Assembly (NCBI GenBank): GCA_030390025.1
Contig: JASTWF010000033.1
Location: 2,544,001 to 2,608,000, forward strand
Source of the DNA: Squalus acanthias
Taxonomy: Eukaryota
Reading direction: 5' to 3'
Length of the DNA stretch: 64,000 nucleotides
In this document: positions 12,267 through 25,418 of the stretch, in pieces
Layout of the letters: the number at the start of each line of letters is the position of its first letter
Position numbering within the stretch: position 1 is the first letter of the stretch
The notes under the pieces: generated by a model
Databases searched by the model: none
What the model saw: only the letters and a program-made list of their open reading frames with translations
What the model was told of the DNA's origin: nothing
Translations under genes and position numbers: made by a program

Positions 12267-12362
12267 TTTGAAATAAAACTGTTGGACTATAACCTGGTGT
12301 TGTGCGACCTCTCAATTTTGTCCACCCCAGTCCAACACCGGCATCTCCGTATTCCTTCTTGA

Positions 12363-13435
12363 CAGGGATACTTCCTCTTTAAAGGTGCCACTGATGCTGA
12401 GACTCACTCTTTAAAAGGGGTTCCTGGTGGAGAGACTATCTCTGAAAAAGTGAACCCTTATGGGGAGACTCCCTCTTTAAAATGTGTCCCTGATGCTGAA
12501 ACTCACTCTTTAAAAGGGATCCCCGATGGTGGGACTGCCTCTTTAAAAGCGGTCCCTAAGGGAGAGATTCTCTCATTAAAAGTGGTCCCTGATAGAAAGA
12601 TGCCCTCTTTAAAATTGTTTCCGGATGTTGAAAAAGGTGTCCCTGAGTGTGCGACTCTCTCTTTAAACGGGATCCCAGATGGTAATACTCACTCTTTAAA
12701 AGGAATTCCTGATGGTGAGACTCACTCTTTAAAATGTCTCCCTGATAGAAAGATTCCCTCTTTAAAAGGGTCACTGAATTTGAGACTCTCTCTTCAAAAG
12801 TGGCCACTGATGGTGAGACGCCCTCTTTAAAAGGAAACCCTGACAGTGAGACTCTCTTTAAATGATGTCCCTGACGATGAGACACCCTCTTTAAAAGGGG
12901 TACCTGGTGCAGAGACTTTCTCTTTGAAAGTGATCCCTGATGGGGAGACTCCCTCTTTAAAAGGTGTCCCTGATGCTGAAACACCCTCTTTAAAAGGGGT
13001 CCCTGATGGTGAGACACCCTCTCTAAAAGTGCTACCTGATGGTGAGACTGTCTCTTTAAAATGTGTCCCTGATGCTGATATACACTCCTTAATAGGTGTT
13101 CTTGATGGTGAGACACCCTCTTTAAAAGTGATACCTGATGGTGAGACTCTCTCTTTAAAATGGGTCCCAGATGCTGAAAAACCCTCTTAAAACGGAGTCC
13201 CTGATGGTGAGACTCCCTCTGTAAAAGGGGTCCCTAATGCTGAGATTTCTCTTTACAAGTTGCCAATGATGGTGAGACCCTCTCTTTAATAGGAATCCCT
13301 GAAACTGAAAAACCCTCATTAAAAGGGGTCCCTGATGGTGAGACTCCAGATTTAAAAGGGGACCCTGATGGTGAGACTCCCTCTTTAAAAGGGGTCCCTA
13401 GTGGAGAGAGTCTCTCATTGAAAGGGATGCCTAAC
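12363..13435. repeat. 33-bp ttaaaagggg satellite
   Basis: Tandem 33-bp units. Confidence 0.9.
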
Positions 13436-14025
13436 TGAAAGGTTAATTACTAGTCCTAGCCCCTGTCGGGCTACCCTGGATCAGGCGTATTCCCCAGACG
13501 TACACTTTCAACTAAAGTTTGAGGTAGCCGAATCCAAAAGACGCTTCATTCGGTCGAAAGGTCCAGATTATCTCTCCCTTAACGAAAGGAACAACCTGAA
13601 GAGTTTACAGTCCTCCAGTTAGCACTTTTACTAAGTTTAGCTGGAATGTAAATTTCCGGATATTACGTGGGTCCGGATAACTCCCCCAGAATTCTGCAAC
13701 TCCTCACCAAAGAGCCTACAGAGATTGAGTTTGCGAGTTTGATCAAGAAGTACTATGTGAGACAATTCTAAAAATACATTGATTTATTAAAGAACCGACA
13801 TGTAATTACAGTAGGTGTTTCAATCGCAACATTGACAGTTCCAAAAACAGAAGGGTACAATTCTATTATCAGAAATCCTTATTCTCAATACTTAACTTCG
13901 CTACTTTTTTACAATTTTCGTCTTTATTCCAGGATATCCACCAAAATCAAATACAGTACAATACCTTGATCCCTGAGGTACAAAACGTTGTAGACTAACG
14001 GAGCCTGCCAATGAAGCCTGAGAAT
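13436..14025 (-). mobile_element. Foamy-like solo LTR, U5/R side (split by CR1)
   Basis: Reverse complement of ~5155-5742; AGTAAA on minus at 13627-13632. Confidence 0.9.
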
Positions 14026-16480
14026 GGGAAGGGGGGAGAGCAGGAGAGCAATAGTTATTGGGGACTCAATAGTCAGAGGGACAGATAGGAGGTTCTGTGG
14101 CAGCAAAAGAGACTCACGGATGGTATGTTGCCTCCCGGGTGCCAGGGTCCGTGACGTCTCGGACCGTGTTTTCAGAATCCTCAAAGGGGAGGGGGAACAA
14201 TCACAAGTCGTGGAACACATCGGTACCAACGACATAGGTAGGAGAAGGGACGGGGATTTAAAACAGGAATTTAGGGAGCTAGGTTGGAAGCTGAGAGCCA
14301 GTACAAACCATGTTGTAATTTCTGGTTTGTTGCCGGTGCCACGTGCTAGCGAGTTGAGGAACAGGGAGAGAGTGCAGATAAACACGTGGCTGCAGGGATG
14401 GTGTAGCGGGGAAGGTTTCAGTTATGTGGATAATTGGAGCACATTCTGGGGAAGTTGGGACCTGTACAAACAGGACGGTTTGCACCTGAACCAGAGGGGC
14501 ACCAATATCCTGGGAGGGAAATTTGCTACGGCTCTTCGGGGGGGTTTAAACTAATTTGTCAGTGGGATGGGAAAAAGGGCTGTAGTCCAGGAGCCAGCAG
14601 TGAGTGTAGGGAGGTACTGAGGAGGGTATCAAGGTCGCAGGAATGTACCGGCAGACAGGAAGATGGCTTGAAGTGTTTCTACTTCAATGCAAGGAGCATC
14701 CGGAATAAGGTAGGAGAACTTGGAGCGTGGATTGGTACTTGGGACTACGATGTGGTGGCCATTACGGAGACATGGTTAGAACAGGGACAGGAATGGTTGT
14801 TGGAAGTTCTGGGGTATAGATGTTTCAGTAAGAGTAGGGAAGTTGGTAAGAAAGGTGGAGGAGTAGCATTGTTAATCAAGGATAGTTTAACAGCGGCAGA
14901 AAGGCAGTTCGAGGGGGATCTGCCGTCTGAGGTAATATGGGCTGAAGTTAGAAATAGGAAAGGAGCGGTCACGTTGTTAGGAGTTTTCTACAGGCCCCCA
15001 AATAGTAATAGAGATGTGGAGGAAGAAATTGCAAAGCAGATTATGAATAGGTGTGGAGGTCACAGAGTAGTTGTCATGGGTGACTTCAACTTTCCAAATA
15101 TTGATTGGAACCTTTATAGGTCAAACAGTTCGGATGGGATAGTTTTGCATAGTGTGTGCAGGAGGGTTTCCTGACACAATATGTGGATAGGCCGACAAGA
15201 GCTGGGGCCACGTTGGATTTGGTACTGGGTAATGAACCGGGCCAAGTGTTTGATTTGTATGTGGGAGAGCACTTTGGAGAAAGTGACCACAATTCGGTAA
15301 CTTTCACTATTGCAATGGAGAGGGATAGGGCCATACGGCAGGGCAGGGTTTATAATTGGGGGAGGGGTAATTATGATGCGATTAGGCAAGAATTAGGGAG
15401 TATAAGATGGGAACAGAAACTATCAGGGAAAGGTACAAACGAAAAGTGGAGCTTTTTCATGGAGCAATTACTGCGTGTCCTTGATAGGTATGTCCCTGTC
15501 AGGCAGGGAGGAAATGGCCGAGTGAGAGAACCATGGTTCACAAAAGAGGTTGAATGTCTAGTCAAGAGGAAAAAGGAAGCGTATGTAAGGATGAGAAAAC
15601 AAGGTTCAGTTGGGTCGATTGAGGGGTACAAGGTAGCAAGGAATGAGCTAAAAAAAGAGCTTAGGAGAGCTAGGAGGGGGCATGAGAAGTCCTTGGCGGA
15701 TCGGATCAAGAAAAACCCCAAGGCCTTTTACTCTTATGTGATAAATAAAAGAATGACCAGGGTGAGTGTAGGGCCGGTCAAGGACAGTAGTGGGAACTTG
15801 TGCATGGAGTCAGAAGAAATAGGAGAGGTGATGAATGAATACTTTTCGTCAGTGTTCACCGAGGAGAGGGGCCATGTTCTTGAGGATGAGAGTGTGATAA
15901 AGGTGGATAGGCTGGAGGTGGTAGATGTTCTGAGGGAAGATGTTTTAGCAATTTTGAAGAACCTGAGGGTCGATAAGTCCCCTGGGCCAGATGGGATATA
16001 TCCTAGGATTCTTTGGGAGGCAAGGGAGGAGATTGCAGAGCCTCTGGCTTTGATCTTTGGGTCCTCACTGTCCACGGGAATGGTGCCAGAGGACTGGAGA
16101 GTGGCGAATGTTGTTCCTCTCTTCAAGAAAGGAAATAGGAATGACTCTGGTAATTATAGGCCGGTTAGTCTTACTTCGGTGGTTGGTAAGATAATGGAAA
16201 ATGTCCTGAGGGATAGGGTTTATGATCATTTGGAAAGGGGCAACTTAATCCGGGATAGTCAACACGGATTCGTGAAGGGTAAGTCTTGCCTAACAAATTT
16301 GATTGAATTCTTTGAGGAGGTAACTAAGTGTGTAGATGAAGGTAGAGCAGTTGATGTCGTATACATGGATTTTAGTAAGGCGTTTGATAAGGTTCCCCAT
16401 GGTCGGCTCATGAAGAAAGTAAGGAGTTGTGGGATAGAGGCAAATTTGGCCGATTGGATAAGTAACTGGCTATCTCATAG

Positions 16481-18322
16481 TATCAGGCAACGGAACCCTG
16501 TGTGAGAACCTCTCTGGGTACGTCGAGGGCATCCTGAAACCCATCGTACAGGGAACCCCCAGCTTCTGTCGCGACACTACAGACTTCTTGCAGAAACTCA
16601 GCACCCATGGACCAGTTGAACCAGGAACACTCCTCGTCACAATGGACGTATCGGCACTCTACACCAATATCCCCCACAATGACGGCATCGCTGCGACAGC
16701 CTCAGTACTCAACACCAACAACAGCCAATCTCCGGACGCCATCTTACAACTCATCCGCTTCATCCTTGACCACAATGTCTTCACCTTCGACAACCATTTT
16801 TTCACCCAAACACACGGAACAGCCATGGGGACCAAATTCGCACCCCAATACGCCAACATCTTCATGCACAAGTTCGAGCAAGACTTCTTCGCTGCACAGG
16901 ACCTCCAACCAACGCTGTACACCACATACATCGACGACATCTTCTTCCTTTGGACCCACGGCGAAGGATCACTGAAAGGACTACACGATAGCATCAACAG
17001 GTTCCATCCCACCATCAAACTCACCATGGACTACTCCTCAGAATCGGTTTCATTCTTGGACACACGAATCTCCATCAAAGATGGACGCCTCAGCACTTCA
17101 CTCTACCGCAAGCCCACGGACAACCTCACGATGCTCCACTTCTCCAGCTTCCACCCTAACCACGTTAAAGAAGCCATCCCCTATGGACAAGCCCTGCGAA
17201 TACACAGGATCTGCTCAGACGAGGAGGAACGCGATGGACACCTACGAACACTGAAAGACGCTCTCGTAAGAACGGGATATGACGCTCGACTCGTCGATCG
17301 ACAGTTCCGACGGGCCACAGCGAAAAACCGCATAGACCTCCTCAGAAGATGAACACGGGACACAACCAACAGAGTACCCTACGTCGTCCAGTACTTCCCC
17401 GGAGCGGAAAAACTACGCCATGTTCTTCGCAGCCTTCAACATGTCATCGATGACGACGAACACCTTGCTAAGGCCATCCCCACGCCTCCACTACTCGCCT
17501 TCAAGCAGCCGCCTAACCTCAAAAGTACCATCGTTCGCAGCAGATTACCCATCTTTCAGGAGAACAGCAACCAAGACGCCACACAACCCTGCCACGGCAA
17601 CCTCTGCAAGACATGCCAAATCATGGACACAGATACCATCATTACACGTGAGGACACTACCCACCAGGTACACGGTACATACTCATGTGACTCGGCCAAC
17701 GTTGTCTACCTGATACGTTGCAGTAAAGCATGCTCCAGAGCATGGTACATCGGCGAGACCATGCAGACACTGAGACAACGTATGAACGGACACCGCGCAA
17801 CAATCGCCAGGCAGGAGGGTTGCCTCCCAGTCGGGGAACACTTCAGCAGCCAGGGGCATTCAGCCTCGGATCTGCGGGTAAGCGTTCGCCAAGGCGGCCT
17901 TCGAGATACACGACAGCGCAAAATCATAGAGCAGAAACTGATAGCCAAGTTCCGCTCTCATGAGGATGGCCTCAATCGCGATATCGGGTTCATGTCACGA
18001 TACAGAACGTGACTTGACATCATGGCCGGTCTTCCCAGGTGTTTTTTTTTTTTAAAAGGCTAACACAAGAACACAAATTGACAGGATATGCAGCCAGCAG
18101 GTGGTTTGACACGTTGGACCCCTTGGGACACATCTCATTGTCTTGGCTGTGCTCTTTGTTGCAGGGAATAATGTGAATAGATTTTGTCTGGGTTTAAATT
18201 GTGAATTCTGGGAGATTCTCTCATTGCTAACTTACCTGACGAAGGAGCGAACTGCTTCGAAAGCTTGTAAAATTAAATAAATCTGTTGGACTATAACCTG
18301 GTGTTGTGCGACTTCTCATTTT
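16481..18322 (+). mobile_element. 5'-truncated Penelope-like element inserted in CR1
   Basis: RT/GIY-YIG ORF pieces 16588-17352 and 17623-18012 with a premature TGA at 17350; 10-bp TSD tatctcatag at 16471 and 18323. Confidence 0.95.
18232..18270 (+). ncRNA. Minimal hammerhead ribozyme motif
   Basis: ttacCTGACGA-ggagc(gaact)gcttc-GAAAgcttgtaa; stem I ttac/gtaa. Confidence 0.75.
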
Positions 18323-19391
18323 TATCTCATAGAAGGCAGAGGGTGGTGGTGGATGGAACATTTTCGGTCTGGAGACCAGTTACCAGCGGTGTGCCACAGG
18401 GGTCGGTGCTGGGTCCTCTGCTGTTTGTGATTTTTTATCAATGACTTGGAGGAGGGGACTGAAGGGTGGATCAGTAAATTTGCTGATGACACCAAGATTG
18501 GTGGAGCAGTGGATGAGGTGGAGGGCTGTTGTCGGCTGCAAAGAGACATTGATAGAATGCAGAGCTGGGCCGAAAAATGGCAGATGGAATTTAACCCTGA
18601 TAAGTGCGAGGTGATTCATTTTGGTAGGGCAAATTTGAATAAGGATTACAGGGTCAACGGCAGGGTTCTGAGGAACGTGGAGGAGCAGAGGGATCTGGGG
18701 GTTCATATCCACAGATCTCTGAAGGTTGCCACTCAAGTGGACAGAGCAGTAAAGAAGGCCTATGGTGTGTTGGCGTTTATTAACAGAGGGTTTGAGTTTA
18801 AGAACCGTGAGGTTATGCTGCAACTGTACAGGACCTTGGTGAGACCACATTTGGAATATTGTGTGCAGTTCTGGTCACCTCACTATAGGAAGGACGTGGA
18901 AGCATTGGAAAGAGTGCAAAGGAGATTTACCAGGATGCTGCCTGGTTTGGGGGGGAGGTCTTATGAGGAATGATTGAGGGAGTTGGGGCTTTTCTCTTTA
19001 GAGCGGAGGAGGATGAGAGGCGACTTAATAGAGGTTTATAAGATGATGAGGGGGATAGATAGAGTGGATGTTCAGAGACTATTTCCTCGGGTAGAGGCAG
19101 CTGTTACAAGGGGGCATAACTATAAGGTGTATGGGGGGAGATATAGAAGGGATGTCCGAGGTAGATTCTTTACTCAGAGAGTGGTTGGGGTGTGGAATGG
19201 ACTGCCTGCTGTGATAGTGGAGTCGGACACTTTAGGAACTTTCAAGCGGTTATTGGATAAGCACATGGAGCACACCAGAGTGATAGGGAGTGTGATAGCT
19301 TGATCTTGGTCTCGGACAATGCTCGGCACAACATCGAGGGCCGAAGGGCCTGTACTGTGCTGTACTGTTCTATGTATCTATGTTTCTATGT

Positions 19392-19903
19392 AATCGCTTT
19401 GACTGTTTACAGCGAAACTATCATCCCATTTGAAAGCTCAATATTTAAATACTTTCTCAGTGGTATTTCCTTTGAACTTTTCTGATGATCTAAGCTAATT
19501 ATATGTAGTCATTTTTCTGCTGACCACTGCTATTCTTACAGTCAGTTGAGAAGTTAGCAATGCAAACTCCTGACTCCTGTGTGTCATTTGATGTCATTTT
19601 TATGAAGGCATATGTTTCTTAATTTTATGTGTTTCCTTCCGAAATGTAATTTAGAAAATCTTGACAGGGTGTACCATTACGTTCTTTCCAAAGCTACAGA
19701 CTTCAGGAGCCTCCAACCTCCTGTTTCAATAAGGTTATAGATTCAGTGTCAACAACTTATCTTAACTCAATAGCCTGTTTGCTGTTTACAGCTTTAGATT
19801 GTTGAGGCTTCCAGATTTCCATACACAGTCTGTCATGTTTTAATAAGGCCAGAATTATTTCATAGAATTGTGTATTTTTCTGAATATGGCTTATTCCTTC
19901 ACA
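19392..19903 (-). mobile_element. Foamy-like solo LTR, U3 side
   Basis: Homologous in reverse complement to 4468-5155; starts TGTGAAGG on minus; flanks taac (13432) and tgac (19904) form an imperfect 4-bp TSD. Confidence 0.9.
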
Positions 19904-21955
19904 TGACAGGGATACTCCCTCTTTAAAATGGGCCACTGATGGTGAGGCTGTCTCTTTAAACGGGAACCCTGATGATGAAATCCCTCTTTAAAATGTGTTC
20001 TTAACGGTGAGACCCCTCTTTAAATGTAGTCCCCGATGGCGAGACTCTCTCTTTAACAGGGGTCACTGATGGGAAGATTCCCTCTTTAAAATGGGTCCCT
20101 GATGGTGGGACTGCCACTTTAAAAGGTGTCCCTGATGGTGTGTCCCTCCTTAATAGGAGTCCCCGATGCTGAAAAACCCTCTTTAAAAGGAATCCCTGAT
20201 GGTGAGACTCCCTCTTTAAAAGGGGTCCCTAATAGCGAGTCTATCTCTTTAAAAGGGGTCCCTGATGGTGAGACACCCTCTTTAAAACGGGTTTCCCTGA
20301 TGTTGAGACACCCTCTTTAAAAGGGGTCCCTGATGGAGAGACTGTCTCTTTAAATGCGGTTCCCGATGGAGAGACTATCTCTTTAAAAGCAGTCCCTGAT
20401 GCTGAAACTCCCTCTTTAAAAGGGGTCCCTGATGATGGGACTGCCTCTTTAAAAGATGTCCCCAATGGGGAGACACTCTCTTTAAAAGCGATCCCTGATA
20501 GAAAGACTCCCTCTTTAAAAGCGATCCCTGTTGCTGAAACTCCCTCTTTAAAAGCGATCCCTGTTGCTGAAACTCCCTCTTTAAAAGCGATCCCTGTTGC
20601 TGAAACTCCCTCTTTAAAAGCGATCCCTGATGCTGAAACTCCCTCTTTAAAGGAGGTCACTGAGCGTGCGGCTCTCGCTTTAAAACGGATCCCAAATGGA
20701 AATACTCACTCTTTAAAATGGATTCCTGATGGTGAGACGCACTCTTTAACAGGGGTCCCTGACAGAAAGACTCCCTCTTTAAAAGGGTCTCTGACGGTAA
20801 GATTTTCTCTTTAAAAGCGATCCCTGATTGTGAGACTCTCTCTTTAAAAGGGCCCATGGTGGAGAGATTCTCTCATTAAAATGGGTCCCTAACGGGAATC
20901 ATCCATCTTTAAAAGGGGCCCCTGATGGTGTAACTCTCACTTTAAAAGGGGTCCCTCATGGGGAGACTCCCTCTTTCAAGGGGATCGCTGATGGTGAGAC
21001 TTCCGCTTTAAAAGGGGTCCCTAATGTTGAGACTCCCTCTTTAATAGGAGTCCCTGATGCTTAAACAACCTCTTTAAGAGGGGTCCCTGATACTGAGACT
21101 GTTTCTTTAAAAGATGTCCCTAATGGGAGAATCTCCCTTTAAAAGTGTCCCTGATAGAAAGACGCTCTCTTTAAAAGGGGTCCCTGATAGTGAGATTCCC
21201 TCTTTAAAAGGTGTCCCTGATGGTGATGCTTACTCTTTAAAGGGCTGCCTGATGGTGAGACACCCTCTTTAAAATGGGTCCCTGATGGTGAGACTCCATT
21301 TTTAAAAGGTGTACCTAATAGGAAGATTGTTTTTAAATGGGGTCAATGATAGAAAGACTCCCTCTTTAAAAGGGGACCTTGATAGAAAATCTCTTTTTAA
21401 AATGGGACCCCAAGGTTGAGACTCCCTCTTTAAAAGCTCTCTGACGGCGAGACTCTCTCTTTAAAATGGATCCCTTTTGGGGAGACTCCCGCTTTAAAAG
21501 GGCTCCCTGATGGTAAGACTCTCTTTAAAAGGGCTCCCTGATAGAAAGTCTCCCTTTTTAAATGTGATTCCTCATGTTGAGATACACTCTTGAAAACAGG
21601 AACCTGATGGTGAGACGCCCTCTTTAAAAGGCGTCCCTGATAGAAAGACTCCCTCTTTAAAATGGTCACTGACGGTGAGACTCTCTCTTTAAAAGTGATC
21701 ACTGATTGTGAGACTCGCTTTAAAAGGTATCCCTGATGTTGAGACTTCCTCTTTCAAAGGGGCCCCTGATGTAAGACTCCGTCTTCACCATGGGTTCCGT
21801 GATAGAAAGAATCCCTCTTTAAAAGGGATCTCTGATGCTGGGACTCACTTTTTAAAGGGATCACTGATGGTGAGACTCACTCTTTCAAAGGTCTCCTTGA
21901 TAGAAAGTCTCCCTCTTTAAAAGGATGTACTTCGGTGAGAATCTCTTTAAAAGTG
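19904..21955. repeat. 33-bp ttaaaagggg satellite
   Basis: Tandem 33-bp units, locally homogenised at 20511-20650. Confidence 0.95.
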
Positions 21956-24092
21956 ATATGATAGCAACATACTGCGGATGCTGGAAATCCGAAATAACAA
22001 CATAAAACGCTGGAAAAACTCAGCAGGCCAGGCAACATCCGCGGAGAGAGAAACAGAGTTAACGGTTCAGGTCGAAACCCTTCATCGGAACTGAGAGAAA
22101 AGCATGAAATTAAACAGATAAAAATGCAATGGGGAGGCTGGTGGGAGGAATAAAAGAACAAAAGGGTTGGTCTATGGTAAGTAGAGACATTAAGAGATGC
22201 TCAAGGCAAGACGAGATGGTAATGGGACAGGTTAAGAAACAAAAGCTGAGGTGTGAAAAGCTGGCAGAATGAGACAGCTGCCGTCGGGGGAGAGAGAGAG
22301 AAAGAAAAAAAAAAGGAAAAAGGCACGGAACAAAAGGGGTGGATAAAATATATATATACGTGGGAGGGGCCGGGGTAATGATCTGAAATTGTTGAACTCG
22401 AAGGCTGTAAAGTGCCTAAACGAAAGATGAGGTGCTGTTCCTCGAGCTTACGCTGAGATTCCGTGGAACAATGCACGAGGCCGAGGACGGTGAGGTCTGA
22501 GTGGCCGTGGAGGGGTGAATTAAAATGACAAGCGACCGGAAGCTCGGGGTCACCCTTACAGACTGAACGGAGGTGTTCCGCAAAGCGGTCACCCAATCTG
22601 TGTTTCGTCTCCCCAATGTAGAGGAGACCACATCGTGAGCAGCGAATACAGTATACTAGATTGCAAGAAGTACAAGTAAATCACTGTTTCACCTGGAAGG
22701 GGTGTTTGGGGCCCTGGACAGTGGGAAGGGGGGATGTATAAGGGCATGTGTTGCATCTCCTGCGCTTGCACAGGAAGGTGCCGGGTGAAAGGGAAGGGGT
22801 GCTGGGGGTGATAGAGGAGTGGACTAGATGTGTCTCGGAGGAAGCGGTCCCTACGGAATGCTGAAAGAGGAGGTGAGGGGAAGATACGTTTGGTGGTGGG
22901 ATCACGTTGGAGGTGGCGGAAATGGCGGAGGTTGAATGTGGAGGCTGGTGGGGTGAAAGGTGAGGACAAGGGGAACTCTATCGTGGTTCCGGGAGGGAGG
23001 GGCCGGGGTGAGGGCAGAACTGCGGGAGATGGAACGGACACGGTCGAGGGCCGTGTCGACCACGGTCGAGGGGAATCCTCGGTTGAGGAAAAAGGAAGAC
23101 ATGTCGGAAGCATTGTTATGGAAGGTGGCATCGTCGGAGCAGATGCGGCGGAGACAGAGAAACTGGGAGAAGGGAATAGAGTCCTTACAGGAGGCGGGGT
23201 GGGAGGAAGTGTAGTCCAGGTAGCTGTGGGAGTCAGTGGGCTTGTAGTGAATGTTGGTCAATAACCTATCCCCAGAGATGGAGACGGAGAAGTCGAGGAA
23301 GGGTAGGGAAGAGTCGGAGATGGACCATGTGAAGGTGAGGGAAGGGTGGAAATTGGATGCAAAGTGAATGAAATTGTCTAGTTCGGGGCGAGAGCAGGAA
23401 ACGGCACCGATACAGTCGTCAATGTATCGGAAAAAGAGGTGAGGGAGGGGACCCGAGTAGGACTGGAACAAAGAGTGTTCCACATATCCCACGAAAAGGC
23501 AGGCATAACTAGGACCCATGCGGGTACCCATAGCAACACCTTTGATTTGGAGGAAATGGGTGGAGTCAAAGGAGAAGTTGTTCAATGTGAGAACAAGTTC
23601 AGACAGGCGGAGGAGGTTGGCGGTGGATGGGGACTGGTTGGGCTTCTGTTCAAGGAAGAAGCGGAGCGCCCTCAGGCCATCCTGGTGGGGGATAGAGGTG
23701 TAGAGTGATTGTACGTCCATGGTGAAAAGGAGGCGGTTGGGGACAGGAAACTGGAAACTGTTAAAGCGGCGGAGGGCGTCAGAGGAATCGCGGATGTAGG
23801 TGGGAAGAGACTGGACAAGGGGTGAAAAAATAGAGTCGAGATAGGAAGAGATAAGTTCCGTGGGGCAAGAGCAGGTTGGAACGATGGGTCTACCAGGGCA
23901 CTCCTGTTTGTGGATCTTGGGAAGGAGGTAGAAGCGGGCTGTGCGGGGTTGGGGAACTATGAGTTTGGCGGCCGTGGGGGGAAGATCTCCAGAGGAGATG
24001 AGGTCAGTGACAGTCTTGGACACGGTGGCTTGATGTTCGGTAGTGGGGTCATGGTCCAGGTGGAGGTAGGAGGAGGTGTCGGAGAGTTGGCG
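21956..24092 (-). mobile_element. Penelope-like element, second family, frameshifted and 5'-truncated
   Basis: LLPKIHK..PGRPIV, DVQSLYTSIP, GVAMG, RYIDD (22902-24023); endonuclease region GDRFAEH (22201-22596). Confidence 0.9.
22056..22093 (-). ncRNA. Degenerate hammerhead ribozyme motif
   Basis: gttCCGATGA-agg..cct-GAAC-cgttaac; both core boxes carry a substitution. Confidence 0.45.
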
Positions 24093-24094
24093 AA

Positions 24095-25418
24095 AATCAT
24101 AATACAGTCAAGCAGAGTCAGCATGGTTTTATGAAAGGTAAATCATGTTTGACAAATTTGCAGGACTTCTTTGAGGATGTAACGAGCAGGGTGGATAAAG
24201 GGGAACCAGTGGATGTGGTGTATTTGGATTTCCAGAAGGCATTCGATAAGTTGCCACATAAAAGGTTACTGCACAAGATAAGAGCTCACGGGGTTGGGGC
24301 TTATATATTAGCATGGATAGAGGACTGGCTAACTAACAGAAAACAGAGAGTCAGCATAAATGGATCATTTTCCGGTTGGCAAACGGTAACTAGTGGGATG
24401 CCACAGGGATCAATGCTGGGGCCTCAACTATTTACAATCTATATTAATGTCTTGGATAAAGGGTCCGCGTGTAATGTAGCCTAATTTGCTGATGATGCAA
24501 AGATAGGTGGGAAAGCAAGTTGTTAAGAGGACACAATGAATCTGCAAAGGGATATAGACAGGCTAAGTGAGTGGGCAAAAATTTGGCAGATGGAATATAA
24601 GGAGGGTAAGTTTGAGGTTATCCACTTTGATAATAAAAAAATAAAAAAAATTATTATTCAAATGGAGAGAGATTACAAAATTCTGCAGTACAGAGGTACC
24701 TGGAGGACCTTGTGCATTAAACACAAAAAGTAAGCATGCAGGTACAGCAAGTAATCAGGAACGCAAATGGAATGTTGTCCTTTCGTGCAAGGGGGTTGGA
24801 GTATAAAAGCAGGGAAGCCCTGCTACAACTGTACAGGGTATTGGTGAGACCACACCTGGAGTACTGTGTACAGTTTCGGTCTCCTTATTTAAGGAGGGAT
24901 ATACTTGCATTGGCGGCAGTTCAGAGAATTTTCACGAGGTTGATTCCTGAGATGAAGGGGTTGACTTATGAAGAAAGGTTGAGCAGCTTGGGCCGATACT
25001 CATTGGAGTTTTGAAGAATGAGAGGTGATCATATTGAAACATATAAGATACTGAGGGGGCTCGACAAGGTAGATGCAGAGAAGATGTTTCCCCTCACGTG
25101 GGAATCTGGAACTAGGGACCATAGTTTCAGAATAAGGGGTCGCCCATTTAAAACTGAGATGAGGAGGAATTTCTTCTCTGAGGGTCGTAAATCAGTGGAA
25201 TTCTCTGCCCCAGAGAGCTGTGGAGGCTGGGTCATTGAATATATTTAAGGTGGAGATAGACAGATTTTTGAACAATAAGGGAGTGATGGGTTATGGGGAG
25301 CGGGCTGGGAAATGGAGCTGAGCCCAGGATCAGATCAGCCATGATCTCATTAAATGGCGGAGCAGGCTCGAGGGGCCAAATGGTCTACTCCTGCTCCTAG
25401 TTCTTATGTTCTTATGTT
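24095..25418 (+). mobile_element. 5'-truncated, decayed CR1 LINE
   Basis: [24 protein letters not shown] with stops; ttcttatg tail. Confidence 0.9.

Larger units (their letters stand above)
9538..12347 (-). mobile_element. Penelope-like element with inverted 3'-end duplication
   Basis: RT plus GIY-YIG ORF on minus strand; 9538-10134 is an inverted copy of 11719-12315; cgtattccttc(ttga) duplicated at 9527 and 12348. Confidence 0.95.
14026..19391 (+). mobile_element. CR1 LINE (partial ORF1 SGNH esterase plus APE-RT ORF2), interrupted by a Penelope element
   Basis: GDSIVRG/HIGTND/DGLHLN in ORF 14024-14554; NARSI, ETWL, GDFN, SDH, YMDFSKAFD, KFADD; (ttctatgt)n-like tail; frameshift near 15150. 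Confidence 0.95.

Noticed and set aside
13424..13435. Possible PBS remnant (gttaggcatccc on minus) after the second LTR
   Set aside because: Better explained as satellite sequence plus the 4-bp TSD; no internal viral sequence follows
12450..21920. Repetitive 'SLKGVPDGETP' ORFs and a CRISPR-like look of the 33-bp repeats
   Set aside because: Contiguous tandem satellite without unique spacers; frames are broken frequently; eukaryotic context and no cas genes
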